From: Blasia pusilla
Taxonomy: Eukaryota
Direction: 5' to 3'
DNA: 64,000 nucleotides
NCBI GenBank assembly: GCA_050084515.1
Contig: CM114271.1
Coordinates: forward strand, 49,476,001 to 49,540,000
The notes below the pieces were generated by a model. That model searched no databases. It was not told the DNA's origin and saw nothing but the letters and a program-made list of their open reading frames with translations. The translations under genes and the position numbers were made by a program. This document shows, piece by piece, positions 53,429 through 62,666 of this stretch; position 1 is the first letter of the stretch; every line of letters begins with the position of its first letter.

Positions 53429-53603
53429 TAGGAGAGGTAGATGACTTGATCTTTGCATGATATGGATTACAGATGTGCGACTAACGATGGGGCAACCTAG
53501 CACCTGGCCTTTCTGATTCGTGCACCCAAGAAGGTGTATAGCATATAGTAGATGTATAGGGCTACCTAGGAGTTAGAGGGACCTAACCGCCAGTTAGGGG
53601 GGC

Positions 53604-54160
53604 GAGTTGTGGAACACTTGTGTTTGTGGATGCTCTCGTCTATGTTATGTATGTATGTGAGTATGGTATGTCAGCGATGTATGTTGTATGACGATGTGGA
53701 TTTGCACGACAGCTGTCATGACCATACGGATTATGTCGTAGAGTATAGTGTGCTAGTAGAGGCCATACCTTATGTAGGGCCGCAGTCTCTAGGTAGAGAT
53801 GCGATTTCATACATAGGGTTGGGGTTACTCACTTGAGGGTGAGTTTTCTAGTAGGGCCCGCTCTTAGGTTGGAGGATATAAGGTGGAGTGCACTCAAAGA
53901 AGAGTCAGTTCTTTGAGTTGAGCCTATTGCGTTGGGAGTTAGCCTTGGTAGTGAGTAGAGCTCTTGGCTATGGTGTTTCCCGCAAGCTTCGACCTAGATT
54001 CTCCCATCGTGGAGTGGGTTTGGCTCGATTGTATATGATTCTATACGTGTTTTATGACAGTAGGTCTTTCACGGATTTTAGTTGTGGTACACTTGTGTTT
54101 GTGGATGCTCTCGTCTATGTTATGTATGTATGTTGTATGACGATGTGGATTCGCACGACA
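53604..54160 (+). repeat. E3 3' terminal block S1-gc-L2-S2
   Basis: S1 53604-53711, junction cacgaca-gc-tgtcatg, L2 53714-54078 matches L1, S2 54079-54160 carries a short internal deletion between tgtatgt repeats. Confidence 0.95.
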
Positions 54161-54369
54161 TGTACCCTCACAATCGCATTCCTCCCTTCATGTCTCTCTT
54201 TCTATAAATTCTTTTGTGGATGTTTTTGTCTCCATAGATACTTGAACTTGATAAGTGAGAATATATTTTGCCACTAGATAACCCTGATAATTTAAGGTAT
54301 TTTGGTTATCTAGGTTAGCATATTGATCTTTCTTGTTCATAGTGAGTGTTTCAACTTTGTCATTGGAGC

Positions 54370-55133
54370 ATTCAAGGAAAATATTTGGTGTCAGCAACAG
54401 CCGCCAGGGCTTATTTGTTGGGCATGTGATGGAGCCCATCATCAACAAGAGTGCATCCATCACGATAGTGGATGCATGTTGCAGCACGGAGGAGATGAGT
54501 CTGCATCAAGAGTTTACCAATGTGACCATTGTCAAAGGTTTGGTCATACACGCGCTAAGTGTTTTAGCCTTCACCTTGAGTTGCGTCCGGACCGAGGGCC
54601 AAAGAGGGAACCAAAGCGAGTTTTCGGTTCAGTTAGGCCTAGAGGTCATGCACCAAGTGGTCTTGTTGGTCTTGTTGGAGAACGAAGAGTTGGATTTGCC
54701 CAAAAGGCGATGGAACTGAATTGTTTGACATGGATCATCAACTTAGAAGTAGTTGAGCAACGTCGGATGAGATTGCGAAAGGTTGCAACTGTTGCATTGG
54801 TGAGCCCCATGCCTATCGAGATGGTTGAGGAGTGGCCAAAGGTCAGATCTGAGGTGATCGACATACCAGAGGAGATCGGGAGAGACACCCTTGGATGTCT
54901 TGGGATATTTTTGCACGTACGCCGAGAGATGATAGCTACAACATCGAGCGTGGTTCCAGGTATTGCACGTAGAGGAGATGAGATTTTGGAGTTGGCTGCA
55001 TGGGAGCAGCGCAGTTTTTTTGTCCGAGATGAGATTGCACCATAGCAACCACTGATACCCGCACCTGAGAGTCTTACCGTAGTCACGATGGAGAGCTGGG
55101 AGCCAGACATTGGCAAGAGGAGAGCATCGCCAG
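54370..55133 (+). mobile_element. E6 left part: older internally deleted family member (Gag zinc knuckles fused to the post-DNMT linker), target of the E4 insertion
   Basis: ORF 54323-55045 has CWACDGAHHQQEC and CDHCQRFGHTRAKC, then jumps to AMELNCLTWII (the end of DNMT motif X). The sequence resumes after E4 at 62667. Confidence 0.85.
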
Positions 55134-55989
55134 TGTCACGACTGTTAGGATAGATCGGTGGGATCTAGCAGAACGTCTGCACGAGTAGTGGAGGACATGC
55201 CCAAGAGGTCAAGGATGACCTGTTGAGGCCCCAGGAAACCATTTCGGCTCATTTGGAGCCATATAGAGAAACTTGCTATTTCAGGTAAGTTTCCATGTTA
55301 GAGATAGTTGACTTTCTACTTTGGGAAGTGGCCCTTGATCCGCTATAGTAGGTCAAGAGCCAAGGAGGTGACCTGCGAGAATAGGTTACCGTTGAGAGGG
55401 CTTGGGAGAGGGAAGGGGATATACCTCAAGGAGAGAGAGCTTGAGAGCTCATTCTCTCTTTGTTGAACCTCTTGGCATAAGGCGGCGGAGCTATGGTCCC
55501 TTGCCTTGTGAGTGTAACCCAAGCCTCTCATTAGGAGAGTGGGTTTGATTTGACATGAGAGAGAGTGCACACCTTTGAGAGCTATGGTGTGAGATGGTGT
55601 AGAGAGAGATTGGATCTAACTTTACAAAGAGAGAATGAGATAATGAGAGAGCTTCATGGGGGAACTCGTTGGTCACTCGTTGTTTTTGTAGGTTGGGGAC
55701 CGTGTTCCCCATTCAGCTGCTCATGGGAGTGCTCACCAGAGCAAGGGCTGCTTTGATTGTTCTTTGCATTTGCCGATTTTTCCGTGTGTAAGAGTAGCGC
55801 GGAAGCGCTCCCCAATTTCTCATAGGGATTGATTATGGGGATAGGTTGCCCCATGCCGGTGCTCTCTGGAGCACCATGAAGCTTGCTGATTTGTATTTTT
55901 ATAGGTTTTACATTTTCATTGGGAGAAACCAGCGCGGAAGCGCTGCCAAATTTTGTGTAGGAGAAAGAGACATTGGGCTTTACGATCGC

Positions 55990-58900
55990 CTAGCAATGGC
56001 AGTTTTGCTTGGTTGCCCAGATGGAGGTCGCCACAGTTATGACGCATGGAGCAGCCACAGAGTTGGATCCAGAGTGAGGGGAAGCCAGAAAACATACTAG
56101 GCTTCCTCAATCTTTCACGTTGTCGAAGCGACGAGGACCCCATCGATGGGTCCTCATCAAAGTCCCTGGAGAGTTGGTGATGTTGTTGGTGTGCAGGCAC
56201 GGAGGGCAATGGGAGAAGTGAGTGTAACGACTCCTATTGTTGATGCTCAAGAGGGGCATGTGTCGAGCACCTTATTGGGGGCGGCCACCGTTGTGTACCA
56301 CACTCCTTTATTTTCTGCTTTCCGATGTTATGACGTTGGGGGGTACGCCCGCCGAGGCTTTTCGGCTGGCCGCTTCACTATGTGAGCGCGGAGTTGGAGT
56401 TCCTGCATCACGTTCAGAGGTGATTGCAGAGGAGGTGATGGACTTGCCCTTGGAGCGGATGCTTGGGCCGTCCACGTCAGATTCATGGCAAGCTATGGTA
56501 GCTAGGATGGCGGAGATGCCTGCTAGACCCGCGATAGAGCGTGCCATGGCTTCTCCTGGTGTTGTGTTGCTCGATAAGCAAGGAGAGGTCTTCCAGTTGG
56601 TGAGTCCCTTAGATAGAGCTTTTAGTCCGCAACACGTCTTTTTGGATTCAGGAGCGCAACCCCTGATGTTGGGGAAAGCGTCATTCAGAGGATTGGGCTT
56701 GACGAGAGCCGATGTGGAGCGTTTTCCATTCCGGATATAGACATCCTTGGGTGGAGCGAGTACCACATAATATATCACCCAACATGAGGTCGTGATGAGG
56801 ATTCGCTTGGGACATCCTATAGATGAGTCCGTGATGCGAGCCAAGGCGATAGTGACTGATGCAGAGTCCTACAACGTCTTGGTTGGTGGAGCAGTGTTAT
56901 ATCCGATGGGGTTTTCCCTGGATTACGGGGAGGAGTCAGCATCCTACAGACCAGGATGGCACTCAGGTGATGGGCGCCTTAGCTCATTACCCGTTCGATT
57001 CACAGGTGCAGTGATCGAGCGACGAGTAGGAGAGGTGGCGACCTTATCAGCATTTAGCAGTGCCATCACTTGGCCTAGTAATTTGATTGAGGGACATGTC
57101 CATGCAGAGGATACTCCTGTTCCTGACATTTCTATGGAGAGGAGTGTTATGGTAGTCGCATCATTCCATGGAAGAGAGATGTCATTGTGGGGCTCGATTG
57201 AGGAGCTTCGACGATTGGCAGATGAGCACGTGCAAACCACGTGGAGCGAGGCGTTTGCACCGGAGCATGATGGGTCTGAGGAACCCGAGGTAGCAGGGAG
57301 TGCTACGATAACACCCTTGGATACCACACCCACTGTGTGGTGTATCGCGGAGGAGGGTATTCGAGTGTTAGATCTCTTTGGAGGGATTAGCACTGGGTTA
57401 GCTATTGTTTTGCAGGCAGGAGTGCTAGTGCAGCTGTACCTGTATGTGGAGAGTGATGATGTTGCGAGGCGCGTCTCACTATGACATGTGGTGCAGTTAC
57501 GCCTATGTTTTCCCAACTTATTGTGTGCGTCCGCGATACAGGGGTACCAGAGTTCCCTACTGAGGGATATTTCGTTTTTGGGGGCGCAGGACTTAGAGCG
57601 GGTAGGGACCATTGATTTGGTCATTTCCGGTTGGCCATGTGAGGGTCAATCGAGTGTTGGACAAGGCAGCGGGTTGGCTGACACTCGGTCCAGGTTTATT
57701 TGGGAGATGTTGAGGGTCTCACGGCAGTTACAAGAGCACCAATCTCGTTCTCCAGCCTACATTCTGGAGAATGTGCCGATCTTAGGAGACTCCATGTCAT
57801 GGATGGTGACAAGTCTTCATTAGGTGCGTGCCTAGATCGGCCTAGCAGTGTTCTTGGATGCATCAAGTGTAGGTTCTAGAGCCCATCACCCACGTCTATG
57901 ATGGACCATTTTGGTGCCCCATGCGGTGTTACGGAGGGCGTATGCGAGAGTGGAGCGCCCATCCCATTTGTTAGTGGATTCCATTGTGGATCCAGGTTGT
58001 CAATCACAGGCAGTGAGGCACGATGATCGACCACCGTTGACTGTGGTCAACAGGGTAGGCAGGCCGCAGGCAGCCTTGCCCATATTTGTGAGTTTTCTTG
58101 CTTCCTATGCATACAAGGAGGCCGGTCTTGGCTTGGTTTGGGATGACTAGGTTCAGCGGTTGGTGGAGCCCAACGCCGACAAGAGAGAGCGAGCGATGGG
58201 ATTTCCCACAGGAGTGATGGCAGTATCGTCAGTGTTAGAGGCATCACAACGACATGTCTTGGGTCAGGCGATGGGACGTGAATTGCTTGACATGGATCCT
58301 CATCTTGGGAGTGGATGAGCAGCGTCGTATGACATCGCGTCAGATCATAGCGGTTGCGTTGGTGAGCCCCATGCCTACCAAGACGGTGGAGCCAGTGGCT
58401 GGGGGCGAGACCCGAGGAGATCTACACACTATGGGAGATTGGGAGAGACATCCTTGGACTTCTTGGGATGTTTTGCAGGTACGCCAAGAGATGATAGCCA
58501 CAGCATCGAGTGTGGTTCCGGGCACTGCATATAGAGGACATCAGAGTTTGCAGTTGGCTGCAAGAGAGCGGCCGAGTGTAGTTGTTCGAGACGAGGTTGC
58601 ACCATAGCAACCATCGATACCCGCGCCGGAGAGTCCTACCGTAGTCACAATGGAGACTTGGGAGCCAGATATGGGCCCTAAGTTGACAGGAGGAGAGCCG
58701 CGCCGGATACATCAATTCCTCATGAGTTAAAGGAGTTGCTTTGCATTTAGCATGGAGGATGTGGGTACGCTGAAGGGACCGGGGATCCGCATTGAGTTGT
58801 CGAGTGATACGCCGATCTTTCGACGACCCTACAGGTACAGTGATTTGGAGAGCGCTCTGATTCAGAGTAGGAGCCAGGACTTGGTCAGAGCAGGACTAGT

Positions 58901-61701
58901 GGAGATGTCGCATGGGGAGTATGCATCTACTACTTTCATGCCCGCCAAGAAGGATGTGCATGTCAACTGGACGGATAGGATGTGGGGATTACCAACCTAT
59001 CAATCGGCAGACGAAGTCCAATAGGTATGCCATGCCCACCCCTGAGGAGATCTTTGATGCAATTGGTCACGCAAAGGTCTTCAGTTCATTGGATTTGCGA
59101 GCCGGATACCATCAGACTGCCTATAAGAATAGAGGACAGGCTAAAGCCCGCATTTTGGGGCATCGATCCTTCGGAAGGATTGTTTGCACCAGTGGCGGTT
59201 CTTACCATTTGGATTCAAGAACGCTCGGCTGAGTTTCAAAGGGTGATGGATAGGATCTAGGCTCGTGTGGATTTTGCTAGGTGTTATATTGATGACATCG
59301 TAGTCTTTAGCACCAAGGTTGAGGAGCATGAGCGACATCTAGAGGAGGTATTTCGACAATTGCAATTGCATGGGCTAAAGCTACATCCAGGCAAGTGCAA
59401 GTTCTTCTACGACCAGATTGATTACTTGGATCATACGATATACCTAGGGGGCCTTGGTGTTCAGCAGACGAAGGTAGAGGCTATCTCACGCATTCCACGC
59501 CCTATAGATGTGAGCCGTATTCGCGCATTAATGGGATTGGCAACTTCTATCGGCGGTACGTCAAGGGATTCAGTTCGATTGCAAAGCCGCTAACCTTGCT
59601 GACCAAGGTGGATCATGAGTGGCACTGGAGGGATGAGCAGGAGCAAGCATTTCACTTGCTCAAGGACAGGTTGACGTCCGCGCCCATCTTGAGGAGACCG
59701 ATCAGGGGGCGTCCTTTCCAGTTGCACACAGATTGGAGCATGTTGGGGCTTGGAGAGGTGCTCACCCAGCATGATGATGAGGGTAGAGAGTTCGTGGTGG
59801 CTTATGCTAGCCGCTCAAACAACACTAGAGAGGCGAAGTACAATTCGTATGAGGGTGAGTGCTTGGCCACAGTGTGGGTTTCACGCATTTCAGGTGTTAC
59901 TTATTCGACAACCCCTTTACCATCATCATTGATCATCAACCACTGAAGTGGTTGATGGAGTCCGACAAGCTTACAAGGAAGCTTGCGAGATAGGCTCTGT
60001 TGTTGCAGGAGTATGATTTTTAGGTGGTACATAGACTTGGGATGCTCAATGAGGATGCGGATGGGTTGAGTCGTAACCCATACCCGAGTCAGCAAGATGC
60101 GTCTAGAGCTCAATGGCATGGAGAGAGTGATGAGGAGTCAGTGCCAGGATGGCACGCATCAGCCTATTTAGGCATGTTGGCTATGGAGAGCCAGAGTGTG
60201 GACACTTTGATGGCGAGGTCTAGTAGAGAGTGCTTGGATCGCGAGGCCAGTGAGCAAATGACAGGTGGCCAAGATATTCATGATGATGGAGTAGTCTTGG
60301 AGTACCTTCGTACTGGCAGCGTTGCAAGCACCGTGGGTGCTAGAGAGCGGGATCGGATCCTACATCGGGCCAGACGGTTCCGTTGGGAGGAGACACATAT
60401 TTTGAGGGTTTGTGAGGATGGTAGAGTACGCGTAGTGCCACATCCTTCATAGAGAGCACAACTAGTGCAGCATGCCCACAAGGAGTTGGGTCACTTTGGG
60501 GTGAACTGGACGTATGGCTTGCTCCAGATTCAGTATTGGTGGCGAGGCATGCAGACTGACGTTCAGCAGTTTGTTGCCAGGTGCATGGTGTATGATTGGG
60601 TCCAAGCATCATTCAATTATCCGACTCCACAGTTGCATCCATTACCGATCATGGGCTTAGGGTATAGATGAAGTTTGGATTTTGCAGGACCTTTGCCTTT
60701 GACGTAGCGTCACAGTCGTTATGTGTTGGTGATGGTCAAGCACTTCTCGAAGTGGATCGAGTTGGTTGCATTGCCTGAAAAAGCAAGTGAGGGAGTAGCT
60801 TATGCCTTCCTTGATAGAGTGCTAAGTCATTATGGCGCACCAGTTGAGGTGTTGATAGACCAGGGTACCAAGTTTCGCCCTGTGTGATCAGGCGCTGATT
60901 GACCACCGCACGACTTCGCGAGATCATCCCGAGCCGGATGGATTAGCGGAGAGAGTTGTGCAGACGGTGAAGAGGGGTTTATGCAAGTATGGCTTGCAGA
61001 GAGGTCACCTAGGAGATTGGGACCTCCAGTTGCCGTGGTTGGCGATGGGATACAGATTCACCAGATAGGCATCCTTAGCGTCTTTTTCACCGTACTTGCT
61101 ACTTTATGGTCGAGAGCCAGATTTACTTATGGCCATTCGTCGAAATATTGGTGAGGTGTTGGATCTTGATGACCCAAATATATGGATTCCAGCAGGTTCT
61201 TAGAGGGCTGAGTTTTTTTGGAGAGTGATGCCCATTGCGTTTAAGAACTTGGCGATTGCGCAGCATCGAGATATGTTGAGGTATGCGACTATTCGGGGTG
61301 GTGGTTATCGACCAACTATTTGGAGGTTTCATTAGGGAGATTATTTCTACTTGCAGTAGACTGCACCGACGACCTTGGATGTGAATGCAGGGCGCACTAT
61401 CTTGAGAGTGCGTGACGTTTTGCCATCCGATGTTCTCTTGCTGGAGAGATGCGAAGGTATGGTATGGAAAGACCATGTGCATAATTGTACGCCATGTCAC
61501 CTTCCTAACATTGATGGTACAATAGATCCAAGCTCAGCAATAGTTCTTGCAGGCTTGCGTTGTATGTTGTGTGGTTCTGCTCATGGTGCGGCCACGATGC
61601 TAGTCTGTGATGGATGTTCGAGAGGTTGACATATGGCATGTCTGACGCCACCTCTCACTAGGGTTCCTCAGAGACGATGGATGTGTCCAAGATGTACATA
61701 G
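55990..61701 (+). pseudogene. E4 pol polyprotein (PR-DNMT-RT-RH-IN-PHD) with many premature stops
   Basis: 56237- (FLDSGAQP), 56792- (IRVLDLFGG), 57488- (ISGWPCEG; YILENVP) and 57911- are all in one frame. RT 58752-59593 (YIDD), RNase H 59596-, integrase 60465-61500, PHD 61561-61698. Confidence 0.93.
57355..58305 (+). pseudogene. DNMT3-like methyltransferase domain of E4
   Basis: IRVLDLFGGISTG, YVESD, DLVISGWPCEG, YILENVP, AHHPRL*WT, ERERAMGF, RHVLGQAM. Confidence 0.9.
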
Positions 61702-61890
61702 AGGAGATACTAGGTAGGTTTCGATTTCGACTTTTTCTGTGACATCGATGGTAGGAAGAAGACTAAGGATGGGGCCACATGAGCACCTGACCTTTCTGCT
61801 CTTAGCGTCCTAGAGATGTATGTCGCGCTAGGTAGGGATAGATGGCTATCTGGAGTTAGACGGACCTAACCACCAGCTAGGGGGGGGGGC

Positions 61891-62662
61891 GATTGGAGAT
61901 ATTTTGGTATTTCTCGCCTTTGTGTATGGATGCCATGAGTTAGCATGGAATCGTCTGTGTTTTTGTGTGTGTTCGATGACAGCAATGTATGTTGTGTAGC
62001 GATGTGTATGCGTACGACAATTGTCACGACTGTTAGGATGGATCGGTGGGATCTAGCTGAGCGTCTGCATGAGTAGCGGAGGACACGCCTAGGAGGTCAA
62101 GGATGACCTGTTGAGGCCCTGAGAAACCTGAGAGAGCAGGTTTCCCCTTCGTTTCGGCTCATTTGGAGCCATATAGAGAAATTTTCAATTTCATGTAAGT
62201 TTATATATTAGGAATAGTTGACTTTCCACTTTGGGAAGTGACCCTTGACCCGCTACAGCAGGTCAAGAGCCAAGGATGTGACCAACGAGCATAGGTTACG
62301 GTTGAGAGGGCTTGGGAGAGGGAAGGGGATATACCTCAAGGAGAGAGAGCTTGAGAGCTCATTCTCTCTTTGTTGAACCTCTTGGCATAAGGCGGCGGAG
62401 CTATGGTCCCTTGCCTTGTGAGTGTAACCCAAGTCTATCATTAGGAGAGTGGGTTTGGTTTGACATGAGAGAGAGTGCACACCTTTGAGAGCTATGGTGT
62501 GAGATGGTGTAGAAAGATATTGGATCTTTCTTTAATTGGAGATATTTTGGTACTTCTTGCCTCTGTGTATGGATGCCATGAGTTAGCATGGAATTGTGTG
62601 TGTTTGTCTGTGTGTTTGATCACAGCAATGTATGTTGTGTAGTGATGTGTATGCGCACGACA
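61891..62662 (+). repeat. E4 3' terminal block S1-at-L2-S2
   Basis: The 129-bp S occurs at 61891-62019 and 62534-62662. Junction tacgaca-at-tgtcacg. L2 matches 55134-55623. Confidence 0.95.
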
Positions 62663-62666
62663 CCAG

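Larger units (their letters stand above)
45181..53431 (+). pseudogene. E3 gag-pol polyprotein (Gag-PR-DNMT-RT-RH-IN-PHD)
   Basis: ORF 46662-47432 (VLLDSGAQP protease) and 47616-48698 (DNMT) share a frame. 48632-48916 (DNMT C-terminus), 49040-49534, 49544-50263 (RT YIDD), 50294-50875 (RNase H) and 50879-51289 (integrase HHCC and core) share a frame. 52865-53431 holds the integrase C-terminus and PHD. Confidence 0.95.
43430..54160 (+). mobile_element. E3: same subfamily as E1, DNMT3/PHD gypsy element with split LTRs
   Basis: TGTCATG...CACGACA with a perfect TSD tgta/tgta. L1 43430-43794, PBS 43796-43809, PPT 53596-53603, S1 53604-53711, linker gc, L2 53714-54078, S2 54079-54160. Has a deletion at ~45180 removing the Gag N-terminus and a nested insertion at 51657-52932. 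Confidence 0.95.
55134..62662 (+). mobile_element. E4: third subfamily of the DNMT3/PHD gypsy element with split LTRs, most of gag deleted
   Basis: TGTCACG...CGCACGACA with a perfect TSD ccag/ccag. L1 55134-55623, PBS 55624-55639, PPT 61879-61890, S1 61891-62019, linker at, L2 62022-62533, S2 62534-62662. Confidence 0.95.

Noticed and set aside
43430-54160. Classification as a DIRS/Ngaro/PAT tyrosine-recombinase retrotransposon because of the split direct repeats and a methyltransferase
   Set aside because: No tyrosine recombinase is visible. The element has an aspartic protease, an HHCC/DDE integrase in gypsy order, TG..CA ends and TSDs. The MTase is C5-type (PC, ENV), not the adenine-MTase-like domain of DIRS.
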